From IMG/VR virus record IMGVR_UViG_3300020202_000063, positions 1 to 64,000 of that record: a stretch of 64,000 bases of DNA. One strand, written 5' to 3'. A program made the translations under genes and the position numbers. Below, in pieces: positions 10,065 to 20,817 of the stretch. The notes below the pieces were generated by a model that searched no databases, was not told where the DNA came from, and saw only the letters and a program-made list of their open reading frames with translations. Within the stretch, counting starts at the first letter, position 1. Each line of letters starts with the position of its first letter. This DNA is from a virus.

Positions 10065-10856
10065 ATGGAAAATATTAGAACACTATACACATTTACGGTT
10101 GAACTCGAAAAAGAAATCGAGCGCTCCGAGACGGTAACGGTTGATGGACAGACATATGATAGAAAAGTTAAAGTCAAAGAGAAGACTCCTGTAAAAATCG
10201 CATTAAAGAAACCCGGAAGACAAGAATTTGAAGATACTCGTGTATTTTACGGCATTTCTCAGAATAAGGCGATTACAGACGGTTTCCTTACTAAAGGTAT
10301 GATGGTTAACAAGTATGCTAACACTACGGGTGGCATATTTAGTCAGAACGAGGCAAAGGAATTACTCCAACTATTCAAGCGTCGAGATTTGATTGATACA
10401 GAATTGAAGCAAGCTGCGGCCATTAAAGCGCCCGAAGAGATTCAGGCGGATTTGAAAGAGAAGTTGTTGGCAATCAGTCGCCAAATTCTCGAAATCGAAC
10501 TTAGTAATCAATCGCTATTCCAACATACTGCTGAATATCGCGCACGCGAACAGGCAATCAGTTATATGTTCTATTGTTTTTCATATATTGAGCGCAATGG
10601 ACATTGGGTTCCACTTTTCGATGCGGATGACGAAGACCCCGTAAAACGGTTCAATCTTAAGCGGTCACAACACTTTAAGATGGAAGATAATGAAGACCAA
10701 CTTCTACTCCTTGTTCGTGACCGTTTGTTGAATCTCTTCGCGCATTACTATGAAGGTGCCGCAGGAACGGCAGAAGACTTCAAACGAGTCGAAGAAGAAT
10801 TTTTTAATAAATTTGCATCCGCCAAAACAGAGACCCCACAAGAGACTAATGTTTAA
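10065..10856 (+). CDS. Putative tail assembly chaperone
   Basis: Position between tube and TMP. Confidence 0.55.
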   Translation: MENIRTLYTFTVELEKEIERSETVTVDGQTYDRKVKVKEKTPVKIALKKPGRQEFEDTRVFYGISQNKAITDGFLTKGMMVNKYANTTGGIFSQNEAKELLQLFKRRDLIDTELKQAAAIKAPEEIQADLKEKLLAISRQILEIELSNQSLFQHTAEYRAREQAISYMFYCFSYIERNGHWVPLFDADDEDPVKRFNLKRSQHFKMEDNEDQLLLLVRDRLLNLFAHYYEGAAGTAEDFKRVEEEFFNKFASAKTETPQETNV

Positions 10857-11845
10857 TGTCGCCTGACGTACTCAGACGTGGTTTTGCTGATATATGCAAC
10901 GGGTATTCCAAAGGTGAACTTTTTGGAAAGCCCGTTTATATTAAGCATCTTGGTCACATTGACCAACTGGATTTAGATACGATAGAGAAAAAGTTTTATA
11001 ATCTCGCTAAAAAGAGAGGGTTACCGACAGAAGCAAATCGTCTGGCACAACTTAAAAACGAAGGTAGATGGAAAGACGAGGACGAGAAAGAATTAGAAAC
11101 TCGTAAGTTGGCCATTGATTCACTGATTGCGGGGCGCAAAAATGCGCCGCTTCCATCAGTTTTAAAACGTATCAATGAACAGATAGCGGAAGAACAGAAG
11201 CTTTACGACAAGAAGCGCAATGAGCGTATAGAATTGCTTGGACTTACTTGTGAAAGTAATGCGTTACGCCGCCTGAACGAACACTATATCTCCCAAAATC
11301 TTTTTCAAGATAATCTTTTAACTAAGAGATTTTTTACCGAAGAAGAATTTAACCACCTTGATGATATGGAGGTGGCGACAATCATGGACCAATATAATCA
11401 GATTGTTGAACCATGTTCGGAACTTAATATTAAGAAAATCGCACTTCAGGATTTTTTTCAATCCTACTATTACGTATGTGGAGATGATTTTTCGGCATTT
11501 TACGGACGCCCGATTATCCGAATGACACTCTATCAGATAAAGTTGGCTAACTACGCTAAATATTTCAGAAATATTTTTGATAATTACGATACTCGTAATA
11601 TGCCAAAAGAACTCTTCGATGACCCAGATAAGATTATCGATTGGGTACTTGCGGCAGACCGCGCGAAGAAGCAGGTAGAGAAGCATCAAGATTCTGCCAT
11701 GAGTGCCCATGCGGGTATGACTGCCGAAGATAGAAAAGCTATAGGACAAACTACTGGTCCAGACCCATTTATGGAAGCTCTAAAAAAGAAGGGTGGCGGG
11801 TCGCTTGGTAAGGAAGAAATCATGAAGGTATTTGGTAAGCGATAA
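10856..11845 (+). CDS. Putative second tail assembly chaperone
   Basis: Immediately upstream of TMP; TAATG coupling. Confidence 0.5.
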   Translation: MSPDVLRRGFADICNGYSKGELFGKPVYIKHLGHIDQLDLDTIEKKFYNLAKKRGLPTEANRLAQLKNEGRWKDEDEKELETRKLAIDSLIAGRKNAPLPSVLKRINEQIAEEQKLYDKKRNERIELLGLTCESNALRRLNEHYISQNLFQDNLLTKRFFTEEEFNHLDDMEVATIMDQYNQIVEPCSELNIKKIALQDFFQSYYYVCGDDFSAFYGRPIIRMTLYQIKLANYAKYFRNIFDNYDTRNMPKELFDDPDKIIDWVLAADRAKKQVEKHQDSAMSAHAGMTAEDRKAIGQTTGPDPFMEALKKKGGGSLGKEEIMKVFGKR

Positions 11846-11863
11846 CAAAATACCCCATTGTAT

Positions 11864-11869
11864 GTGTAA
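11864..11869 (+). promoter_or_regulatory. GTGTAA putative late-promoter motif
   Basis: Intergenic, upstream of TMP. Confidence 0.6.
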
Positions 11870-11900
11870 TTTATAGAGGGTATAAGGTAATATATTAGGT

Positions 11901-14900
11901 ATGGCACGTCCTCCAGCAGTTGTATTAGGGGTAGCGGGTGATTTCAGCGCGTTTAATCGCGGCTTATCGCTGGCGGTTGCTAATGCCCAAAGGACGTTAA
12001 ATAACGCCCGTTTTTCAAATCCACTAGGCACAATAAGCCGAGACGTTCGGGATTTTGAGCGTTCATTGCAGGCCGCATCCCAACGCGTTATTACATTTAG
12101 CGCCTCCTTGGGCACACTGGCACTTACAGCGTCAATTTTAAAATCTATTGCTAAGGATACAATAGCAGTCGAGCAAGCTTTTGTTGATATTAATTCGGTT
12201 TTCCAACTTAGCGCTCAAAACCTGCAAAAATTCAGCCGCGACCTTTTTGATGTAGCGCGCCAAACCAGTCAGTCCTTTGAAATTGCAGCGGAAGCGGCCA
12301 AAGAATTTTCACGTCAAGGTCTTAATTCTGAGGAAACTCTAAAACGCGTAAGAGACGCGATGATTCTTACCCGCGCCTCGGGACTAGATATAACCAAGTC
12401 AGTTGAGACACTGACAGCTACAATTAATAGCTTTAATAGCGCGAGCGTCGATTCTACCCGAATCATTAATAAACTCGTTGCTGTTGACCAAAGCTTTGCT
12501 GTATCGGCGCGCGACTTGGCTGAAGCACTATCTCGTGTAGGTTCTACCGCTCAAGATGCCGGTGTAAGTTTTGACCAACTTATTGGATTGGTTACCGCTG
12601 CACAACAAACGACCGCTCGTGGTGGCTCTGTTATTGGTAACTCATTTAAGACAATTTTTACTCGTATTGGCCGCGCAGACACACTACAACAACTAGAAGA
12701 TTTAAATATTGAAGTAAAAGATTTTCAAGGTAATGCGTTAGACGCAGTTACAGTCCTAAAGAATCTCGCTCGCGGTTTTGACGGTTTATCTGAATCCGCC
12801 AAAGCACAAGCCGCCGAACTCGTCGGTGGCGTTTTCCAAATTAACGTTCTTCGTTCTACCTTACGCGACTTGGGTAAGGAACAGGGAATTTTCGAACAGG
12901 CCACGAAGCGTTCGGGCGAAGCATTTGATGAGGCTATCAAGCGTAATGAAGCGCTAAATCAAAGTCTTGCGTCATTACTTACCCAGACGCAACTTACCGC
13001 AAAACAAGTTGGTGCGGCCATTGGTGAAATTACATTCTCGGATAAATTGAAGGAAGCGTTACAGGTTATTAATAATAACCCATTTGTTGACGCCTTCAAA
13101 AACATCAATACTTCCGATATTGGTTTGAAATATGGCGATGATATTGGCGCTAATATTGCCGAAGGTATATTAAGCGGTATTGGTAACATTCTTACTGGCC
13201 CCGCGCTTGTCTATATTTCTAAAATTTTTAGTGGTATTGCCAAGACGACCTTCAAAATATTCGGTGGAGATTTGGCTCAATTGGCTGGTATTAATCAGGA
13301 ATCTAACAAACAGATTTCGCTTGCCACCAAACTTAACGAATTATATCAGGCTGGTAATACAGCACTTCAAGGTCAACTTGGTACAATGCGTCAAATGACG
13401 AGTGCGATGGGCGCGCGTGCTGGCGCAACACCATTATCTACTCCCTTCACCCCAACTTTTGGTGCCGCTATTTATGCAAGTACAAAATTTGCTAGCACCT
13501 CACCTTTAGCACCACGTGGATTAATACCCGGTATCATTTCCCAATCGCGGCGTGAGGATTTTGATACAGCTTTCGTTAAGAGTGTACAACGAGAAATCTC
13601 CGAATCTGGTCGCAATCTTAGTGAGGCGATGAGTGCTACTTTCTCTGAATTTAGCCGACTTGGTATAACAGTAGCAGATTTAGAGCGTGTGATGCGAAAC
13701 AATGTTCGTTCATTGGATGCATATGAAACACAACTTAGAACACAACAAGAAGTTGCAAAACGCGGACGGCTTTTACAGACAGCGTTCAATAGTAATCGCC
13801 CCCTCTCTAAAGGTGGTCGGCTGTTTTCAGCCGTTACACAACAAGCAGAATTGGCCGCAGAGGAAAGATTTCGTGGTTTAATAGGTAAAGGTCCAGATGA
13901 TGAACTATCAGACCGTGAACGTCAGGTACTTGCTAGATTCCAGCGGCGTGCCGCATATCAAGCTGGCGAGTCTGTAACAACTCAACGCGAAAGAGAGTTG
14001 GCGGTACAACGGAGCCAACGAGTTAGAAATGGTATTTTTGGCGCCACTTTTGCATTACCTTTCGTTAGTGGCTTTATTCCAACTGGTGTCGGTGGAACGT
14101 CCAGTGGGCAAGCTCTTGGCGCACTAAGTGGTGGCTTACAAGGTGCTGCCATTGGTGGTTCGATTTCTCCTACTCCGCTTGGTTTGATTGGTGGTTCCAT
14201 TGCTGGTATTACTGCTGGATTTATCAGTAAACTAAATAAATCTTTTGAAGAACTGGCAGCGCAAATCGAAGAGGCCAATGCGCGCAATGCTGAATTAATA
14301 AATCAAGCAACAGAGTTTGGTCGAATTAGTGAAGCTCTGCGTACCGCTGGAAAAACTGGTGCGAGTGACCGTGATATAAATACTCTTATCGGAAGACAAC
14401 GTGATGTTTTTGCGGGTATTACAGACCCACAGACGCGCCGTGCACTTCTGGCTGCACAGGGAGATGCAACCGAAGAGGAAAGAGTTGTATCAGATTTACT
14501 TAGAAAAGGGGCATTAGAGGGAAGTTCGCGTGACGTAGCTTCTGCATTTAAACGTCTATCTGATAGTCGTAGTATTGGAAATTCATTTTTTGGTGGTAAC
14601 TCAGAGTTCTCCTCTTTATCGACCGCAATTCAAGTCGCCATTGCTCGGCGCTCCACCAACAATCCCGGTTTCGCTTCTCAAGTGGGAGCGCAATTTGGCT
14701 CAAATCCTTATCAAGCGCTACGTTCCATAGGTGTCAATCAACAAGAATTTCCGGAATTATTTAAACTGAGTGCAGAGCAATTGCGGACATTAGCCGACGC
14801 CGGTAAATATGCCGCAAATAATATTAAAGATTTGGGTGATGAAGCGAGTCAGGCTAAATTAAAACAGGCCACTTTTACGCGTCAAATCGCCACAATTATC

Positions 14901-17900
14901 CAGCGTTTAAATTACGAAGGTAGATTAGCTCAAAGTGAAATTGCAACAAGTGGCGCTATCAATCAAACGGTTGGCGACGCCGCCCTAAATCTAGGTTTTG
15001 GTACACCGGAACGTATTGCCCGCGACCGTGGAATTTTACAATTGCAGAGTGTTCGTTCATCCGGAGATGCGCAATTCCAAGGTGCCCTTGGTACAGGACG
15101 TGGTACAATTCTGGATAGCGCCCTACGCAATAATGCTACAAACGCACAATTCTTAACCGCTGTATTATCTGCAAATTCGCAAGAGCAAATAGCAGCTTTG
15201 GAAAACATCGCTGAAAACAGCGACCTTAAGCGAACGATTCGTGAAGTTGTATTCGAACTTCAATCTATCAAAGATAATACTCGTCAAGAAATTGAAAAGA
15301 CTTCGGTTTTGATAGAAGTAAGTAAGACTCAAGCGGCGTTAGAAGCACGCGCGCGTAATTTGGAGTCCGGTCGCTTTAATGAACAAACTCTTAATCGTTT
15401 GTTTGAGGCTCGATTGGGTGCACGGTCACCAACTGGCAGAGTACCGGGATTATCACGTGTCAATTCGTTAATTGAACAGGGTGATATTCTCGATTCCCTT
15501 GGAGTTGGTAAAACTGAAAATAGTCAGCGTATTCGTGAAACATTGAGTATAATTTCGACAACCGGTATGTTAGCCGAGATTATTTCTGAAATTACCGGCG
15601 AAGTAGTCAAAGCTGACCCTGCAAGTATTAAAGATGCGGCGCGTCGTGGTTTAGGTTCCCTTCGTGGGGGCACCGCAGAAGACGCACAGAGAGCAGATAT
15701 ATTTAATCGCGTTCTACAACAACTTGATAGGAATGCCATCAATCCAGATGCGGCCATTGGTAGATTGGGTACATTCTCCAAGGGGGCATCATTAGGTGGG
15801 GCTGGACCTCTAAATAATGCAGGTATATCCAATCTCTATGGTAGTGCTGTCGCAAGCCAATATACTTTTGCACAGGCGCGAGCAATTCAAGCTAGAGAAA
15901 GTGCACAAAATACCGCTAATTCTAAAATTGCAACATTACAACAAGAATACAGTCTGGCTCCATTTACTGCATTACAACAGGTCCGGAGTGGATTGCCGGG
16001 AAATGAAAAACAATTTGATTCCAACATAACTGGTACTTTAGATAATTTACTTGGTAGACTTATACCAGACCTTAATATTCCGGGTGACGAAGGTGGTTTT
16101 ACGGCCCATCCAGCACGACGCCAGATTGCAAAAATGTTTGCCGGTTCATTGAAAACTGGAACTGTAAATGATTTTATAAAATCTGCAACTTCAAGCGATG
16201 GTGAAATTTTCAACATAGCTCGTAAAGCTGGCGCAGACCCACAAGTATTTGCTCAAGCATTACAAGCCTTGATATTGTCCGTCGCTCAACAGTTTGCCGG
16301 TCCACTGTTGGAAAAGATGCTTACGGATATCCAGCAGAACATTGATAAATTAAAAGTACCTCCCCCAACCAGCAGTACATCTGGTGTTCCAGCCGGTCTT
16401 GCGCGTGGAACCCCTACTCTTTCTGGTATTGGAAAGAATTTAAATCTTTTTGATAGGCCGTTTACACAATATTTTGGTATTAATCCGTCTCCCGTGCCAA
16501 CGGCTCAAGACGCACCCCAAAGCGGAATTGTAGATGCTATTCAGAAAGCGCAACGACAACAGAGAGATGCATCGGGCCGATTTAGAGATGCCGCTTTAAC
16601 TGGTGATATTGTTGGTGAATTATCTGCCGCAAGAGAATTAAAGCTAATAAACAGTCAAATTGTTTACTTGTCTGGACTTCTTACGAATAATTCCGCGAAG
16701 CGTCTTTTCATAGATAAACAATCCCGAGATGTCTGGGACGATATTCGTCAGATATATGAAGATATATCAAAAGGCGCATTAATTTCTGGTGGCACAATCG
16801 AATCCAAATTTCTAGAATTTGGACAGAAAGAAGGTCTTTCGGGTGACCCGATTTCATCCCTCAAAGCTGGTTTTGCCGGTCCGTTCGCTGGTATGAAACA
16901 AGATTTATTCGACTTATCTACAGTAGGTAAATCCGTAGCTGATAGCCTTTCCAACAATTTCGCGGCAGCATTTGGCGATTTTGCGACTGGTACAGAAAAG
17001 GGTAAGGACGCATTTAGAAATTTTGTGGTCAGTGTATTACAGGATTCTTCACGTGCGTTTGCTAGTAAGGCCGTTCAAGGATTGCTTGGAATGGTGTTAG
17101 GACCGGGCGGAAGTTTGGCTAATGCGTTTGGTTTGCCACAGGGCGCGGCGACGGGTGGTGTTATGAACAAAGCACCTGCGTTGCTTACCGCTGGTGAAGT
17201 TGTTATTCCTCGCGAAAGTGCAATGTCTATTGGATATGATACACTGAGCAAAATGAATCGTGGTATCATGGGCTATGCAAATGGCGGGGAAGTTGTCACT
17301 GGTGGTTCCGGCGTAGTTGATGATGTATTTAGAATGCTTCGTCCCGGCGACTTCGTAATGCGTAAATCAGCCGTACAGAAGTACGGTTCAGAGAATCTTC
17401 TAGAAATGTCTCGTAACTCTCGAATCCAAAAGAGATTTTTCGGTGGCCCCATGCTTATGGGTGCACTACTCGGTGGTGGTCTTGGGTATGCGACGGGTGG
17501 TAAGAAGGGCGCTTTAATTGGTGCATTGGGTGGCGCGCTTGCTGGTGGCTTATATCACAATTACGCTTCATCCGGTAGTGCTTTCAGTACCGTAACTCCA
17601 CCGGGTACTGGTGCATCAATTTACAGCGGTCCATTTGCTAAAGCCGCATCTTCCGGTGGTATGAATAGTGTATTGAAGATGTTTGCTGCATCAGCCGCGT
17701 TAGGTGGTATCGGTGCACTTATCTCACCTAAACCACAAGACGATTCCAGTGTTCTTCCAAAACTCACATATAGTCAATCAACACAATTGCGTGAATCGGC
17801 TGAAGCTCAACAAGCTGCGTTATTATCAAATGGTAGCGGTTTCCTTGTACCAGTTCAAACAAAAGATGGTTTCATTGTCCACGAACGTGTAAGAGTTGCG

Positions 17901-18335
17901 GCGACCCGTCGTTTTGAAAATGGCGGTGTAGTTCCAGAAATTTCCCGATATAATTCTGGCGGTATTGTAGGTGGCGGCATTTCAGTTGCGCGACTAAATT
18001 CTGGTGGCGTTGTACCTTCTCCATCTATCGGTACTGCTTCCATTAATGTTCGCGGATACAACGAAGGCGGTGTTGTGGCTGTTCCAACTGTCGTTGGTTC
18101 GCCAATAGTAAGTGCTGGTCGTAGTGGCGGCGGCGGTACGATAATGGGTGACATCAATATTAATGTCACTGTTCAGAAGGACGGCACTGTATCTAATCAA
18201 GGAATGTCAGAAGATGGTGAGGGTAATCAGTTGGCTCGCAACCTTCGCGCGGCTGTTATTGAAGTTGTACAAGACCAAATGCGTTGGGGCGGTTCACTGT
18301 ACAAATCATATGGCGCCAGCGACATGTCTAAATAA
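11901..18335 (+). CDS. Tail tape measure protein (TP901-type core)
   Basis: 2144 aa, Ala/Gly-rich; LAEALSRVGSTA..GSVIGNSFKTIFTRI core; C-terminal A.GG motifs and Q.RWGGSL end. Confidence 0.95.
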   Translation: MARPPAVVLGVAGDFSAFNRGLSLAVANAQRTLNNARFSNPLGTISRDVRDFERSLQAASQRVITFSASLGTLALTASILKSIAKDTIAVEQAFVDINSVFQLSAQNLQKFSRDLFDVARQTSQSFEIAAEAAKEFSRQGLNSEETLKRVRDAMILTRASGLDITKSVETLTATINSFNSASVDSTRIINKLVAVDQSFAVSARDLAEALSRVGSTAQDAGVSFDQLIGLVTAAQQTTARGGSVIGNSFKTIFTRIGRADTLQQLEDLNIEVKDFQGNALDAVTVLKNLARGFDGLSESAKAQAAELVGGVFQINVLRSTLRDLGKEQGIFEQATKRSGEAFDEAIKRNEALNQSLASLLTQTQLTAKQVGAAIGEITFSDKLKEALQVINNNPFVDAFKNINTSDIGLKYGDDIGANIAEGILSGIGNILTGPALVYISKIFSGIAKTTFKIFGGDLAQLAGINQESNKQISLATKLNELYQAGNTALQGQLGTMRQMTSAMGARAGATPLSTPFTPTFGAAIYASTKFASTSPLAPRGLIPGIISQSRREDFDTAFVKSVQREISESGRNLSEAMSATFSEFSRLGITVADLERVMRNNVRSLDAYETQLRTQQEVAKRGRLLQTAFNSNRPLSKGGRLFSAVTQQAELAAEERFRGLIGKGPDDELSDRERQVLARFQRRAAYQAGESVTTQRERELAVQRSQRVRNGIFGATFALPFVSGFIPTGVGGTSSGQALGALSGGLQGAAIGGSISPTPLGLIGGSIAGITAGFISKLNKSFEELAAQIEEANARNAELINQATEFGRISEALRTAGKTGASDRDINTLIGRQRDVFAGITDPQTRRALLAAQGDATEEERVVSDLLRKGALEGSSRDVASAFKRLSDSRSIGNSFFGGNSEFSSLSTAIQVAIARRSTNNPGFASQVGAQFGSNPYQALRSIGVNQQEFPELFKLSAEQLRTLADAGKYAANNIKDLGDEASQAKLKQATFTRQIATIIQRLNYEGRLAQSEIATSGAINQTVGDAALNLGFGTPERIARDRGILQLQSVRSSGDAQFQGALGTGRGTILDSALRNNATNAQFLTAVLSANSQEQIAALENIAENSDLKRTIREVVFELQSIKDNTRQEIEKTSVLIEVSKTQAALEARARNLESGRFNEQTLNRLFEARLGARSPTGRVPGLSRVNSLIEQGDILDSLGVGKTENSQRIRETLSIISTTGMLAEIISEITGEVVKADPASIKDAARRGLGSLRGGTAEDAQRADIFNRVLQQLDRNAINPDAAIGRLGTFSKGASLGGAGPLNNAGISNLYGSAVASQYTFAQARAIQARESAQNTANSKIATLQQEYSLAPFTALQQVRSGLPGNEKQFDSNITGTLDNLLGRLIPDLNIPGDEGGFTAHPARRQIAKMFAGSLKTGTVNDFIKSATSSDGEIFNIARKAGADPQVFAQALQALILSVAQQFAGPLLEKMLTDIQQNIDKLKVPPPTSSTSGVPAGLARGTPTLSGIGKNLNLFDRPFTQYFGINPSPVPTAQDAPQSGIVDAIQKAQRQQRDASGRFRDAALTGDIVGELSAARELKLINSQIVYLSGLLTNNSAKRLFIDKQSRDVWDDIRQIYEDISKGALISGGTIESKFLEFGQKEGLSGDPISSLKAGFAGPFAGMKQDLFDLSTVGKSVADSLSNNFAAAFGDFATGTEKGKDAFRNFVVSVLQDSSRAFASKAVQGLLGMVLGPGGSLANAFGLPQGAATGGVMNKAPALLTAGEVVIPRESAMSIGYDTLSKMNRGIMGYANGGEVVTGGSGVVDDVFRMLRPGDFVMRKSAVQKYGSENLLEMSRNSRIQKRFFGGPMLMGALLGGGLGYATGGKKGALIGALGGALAGGLYHNYASSGSAFSTVTPPGTGASIYSGPFAKAASSGGMNSVLKMFAASAALGGIGALISPKPQDDSSVLPKLTYSQSTQLRESAEAQQAALLSNGSGFLVPVQTKDGFIVHERVRVAATRRFENGGVVPEISRYNSGGIVGGGISVARLNSGGVVPSPSIGTASINVRGYNEGGVVAVPTVVGSPIVSAGRSGGGGTIMGDININVTVQKDGTVSNQGMSEDGEGNQLARNLRAAVIEVVQDQMRWGGSLYKSYGASDMSK

Positions 18336-18337
18336 AG

Positions 18338-18367
18338 TTGCAAAAGACACGATTTTAAGCATATTAT
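18338..18367 (+). promoter_or_regulatory. Sigma70-like promoter
   Basis: TTGCAA-N18-TATTAT, ending 6 nt before ATG 18374. Confidence 0.4.
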
Positions 18368-18373
18368 CAAGCA

Positions 18374-19129
18374 ATGGCAAATGTTGTAAATGATTTTGAG
18401 TTCCAACAATACAATTCTTCTCTGCAATACCAGAAGAATGATGTTGTCTATGGCGTAAATGCGTCCGACTCCAATTTTTACTATGCGACCCAAGACTCTC
18501 AATCGTCAAGCCCATGGATGGGACTCACGTATACGGCGACATCGTGGGAGAGAACGGATGATTTAGCTACGGTCTATTTTACTAAGACCGGTTCACAAGT
18601 AAATTTTGCACCCGGTAGTCATATCATTGTTCTCTCATCTTCCCAAGGTTCCCTCAATTTTACTGGTTTTTGTTTGGATGGTGGTGCGAATTATGTTCGC
18701 TATTTAAATCCCGGTTGGAATCAAGGCGTAACAGCACTTTCGTCTTCAACGGTTGCCACACGTTATAGCCCCGCTTGGTCCACGGGTTTCTTCTGGGTTC
18801 CGTCAAATTCTACAGAAGTAGATTTTCAAACAAAACGTGATTTTGCCCAGTTCGGTGACGGATATACCTCTCAAGCAAGATTGGGTATTAATTCTATTGG
18901 TTCCGTCATTAATATGACATTTGATAATAGAACTTATCGTGAAGCCAAAGCTATAATCAATTTTGTACAGGTAAATGGTGGTACTAATCCGGTTACAATA
19001 AACTTACCCGTAAACGTACTGTTTAATAACCCAAAAACGAAGTATTTGTTGACCGACCCTAAAGTTAAGTTAACAGCATATAATCTAAACAATGTGACGG
19101 TTACCGCCACACGTGTTTATACTCCATAA
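18374..19129 (+). CDS. Distal tail protein, lambda gpM-like with N-terminal extension
   Basis: FFWVPS..AQFGDGYTS..GINS motif. Confidence 0.8.
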   Translation: MANVVNDFEFQQYNSSLQYQKNDVVYGVNASDSNFYYATQDSQSSSPWMGLTYTATSWERTDDLATVYFTKTGSQVNFAPGSHIIVLSSSQGSLNFTGFCLDGGANYVRYLNPGWNQGVTALSSSTVATRYSPAWSTGFFWVPSNSTEVDFQTKRDFAQFGDGYTSQARLGINSIGSVINMTFDNRTYREAKAIINFVQVNGGTNPVTINLPVNVLFNNPKTKYLLTDPKVKLTAYNLNNVTVTATRVYTP

Positions 19130-19131
19130 CA

Positions 19132-20052
19132 ATGCCAATTGCAAATGTAGTTCGAGAGACGGTAAAACTTAATCCGTCTTCAATAATACAATTATTCATT
19201 CTTGACGCCGTTAATATTGGTGCTGCCGAACCTTTGTATTTTCATAACGGTTCAAATGGCGTTTACACTAACATTGTTTTTAATGGTATCACGTATACTG
19301 CATTTCCTATCGAAGCTCAAGGTTTTGAAATCGATGGTAAGGGACAACTTCCGCGTCCAAAAATTCGTGCTGCTAATATCAGAGGCATAATCTCAACTTA
19401 TCTAAATAGTTTGGACGATTTCGTCGGTGCAAAGTTTACTCGTCGTCGAGTATTTGCTAAGTTTCTTGATGCTGTTAATTTCCCCAATAATATTAATCCA
19501 TTTGGCACTCCGGACCCCACGGCGCAGTTTCCAGATGAAATTTTTTATATCGATAGAAAGACTGCTGAAAACCGAGTGTTTGTTGAATGGGAATTGGTTA
19601 CTGCGTTAGAGGCGCCACAGGCTAAACTTCCTAACCGAATGATGTTAGCTAATCAATGTATTTGGAAATATCGTGATGGGGCATCCTGCGGATACTCTGG
19701 TGTACCTGTCGCTGATTACGCCAATAAGAAATTCGCAACCGCTGTTGGTAGTGGAGGTTACGGATTCACATTGGTTGACCGAGGCGAATGGAATGCCGCA
19801 ACTACATATAATCAAGGTGATTACGTTTACATCACTTCCACGCTTGATTTAAATTTAGGCGAAAAATTTTATTATGTTTGTAAAACGAATGGTACAGTTG
19901 GAACCAAGCCAAACGCATCCCTTGGCCTAGCTATTACTCCTTGGGTCGCTGATGCATGTAGCAGACTTGTGACTGGATGTAAATGTCGTTTTGCAACGGG
20001 CGCGTTACCATTTGGCGGTTTTCAAGGTCTTGCAAGAGTTCCATTCCGTTAA
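19132..20052 (+). CDS. Minor tail protein L-like
   Basis: YTAFPIEAQGFE..PRPKI; CIWKYR..CGYSG; C..GCKCRF..LPFGGF Fe-S cysteines. Confidence 0.9.
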   Translation: MPIANVVRETVKLNPSSIIQLFILDAVNIGAAEPLYFHNGSNGVYTNIVFNGITYTAFPIEAQGFEIDGKGQLPRPKIRAANIRGIISTYLNSLDDFVGAKFTRRRVFAKFLDAVNFPNNINPFGTPDPTAQFPDEIFYIDRKTAENRVFVEWELVTALEAPQAKLPNRMMLANQCIWKYRDGASCGYSGVPVADYANKKFATAVGSGGYGFTLVDRGEWNAATTYNQGDYVYITSTLDLNLGEKFYYVCKTNGTVGTKPNASLGLAITPWVADACSRLVTGCKCRFATGALPFGGFQGLARVPFR

Positions 20053-20753
20053 TGAACAATAACGTTAAGAAGGCGATTAAGGAACATGCATTGCGTGATG
20101 CCCCAAATGAGGCATGCGGATTTATCTACATAAACGATAAGTCGATTCTTGCATTTCCGTGTAAGAATATCAGCGCCGAACCAACCGAAGAATTCGAAAT
20201 AGAGCAGGATGATTATTTTGAGTGCTTGCGCAACGGTCAGATTGTTGGCGTTTATCATTCTTCGGCGGGGTCCGCATTTTCCGAGGCGGACATATTTCAT
20301 GCCAACGAGTGGCCGCTTCCCTTATACTTATATTCACTCAACGAAGATTGTTTCAAAAGTTATATCCCAAAGAATTATGCGGTCGATTATTTAGGTCGTC
20401 CATTTATATGGGGGCAATATGATTGTTATTCTATTGTTCGTGATTATTATCGACGTGAATTTAATGTGTACCTCAAAGATTACGATTGTGATGAAACGTT
20501 TGAAAATGGCAGGCGTCTAGATATCGTAGAAAATTTCGAAAATGAAGGTTTTGTAAAATTTGAAGATTTTTCAAACATCAAATCTGGTGATGTTTTACTT
20601 TTCAAATGTGGAAACGAATATCACGTTGGTATTTACGTGGATGGAAACAAATTTTTACACCAACCTTTGCGAAGTCAAAGCCGCATCGAAGCTATTGACG
20701 GTTATTGGGCTAAGAACCTAATTGGGGTGCTAAAACACGAAACTCGTCTCTAA
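20052..20753 (+). CDS. Tail tip assembly protein K-like (JAB + NlpC/P60)
   Basis: PNEACG; DCYSIVRDYY..HVGIY..FLH; start moved to ATG 20052 (TAATG). Confidence 0.9.
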   Translation: MNNNVKKAIKEHALRDAPNEACGFIYINDKSILAFPCKNISAEPTEEFEIEQDDYFECLRNGQIVGVYHSSAGSAFSEADIFHANEWPLPLYLYSLNEDCFKSYIPKNYAVDYLGRPFIWGQYDCYSIVRDYYRREFNVYLKDYDCDETFENGRRLDIVENFENEGFVKFEDFSNIKSGDVLLFKCGNEYHVGIYVDGNKFLHQPLRSQSRIEAIDGYWAKNLIGVLKHETRL

Positions 20754-20763
20754 GTTATAAATT

Positions 20764-20793
20764 TTGCACTTCTCCCGTGTAATCTTATATAAT
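20764..20793 (+). promoter_or_regulatory. Sigma70-like promoter with embedded GTGTAA (20777-20782)
   Basis: TTGCAC-N18-TATAAT. Confidence 0.6.
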
Positions 20794-20817
20794 AAATAGG
20801 GAATAGGTTTACACGGT

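Noticed and set aside
10790-10860. G/GT-type -1 frameshift between the tail chaperones at A-TTT-TTT
   Set aside because: The -1 frame hits TAA immediately and again before 10856; the genes are simply TAATG-coupled
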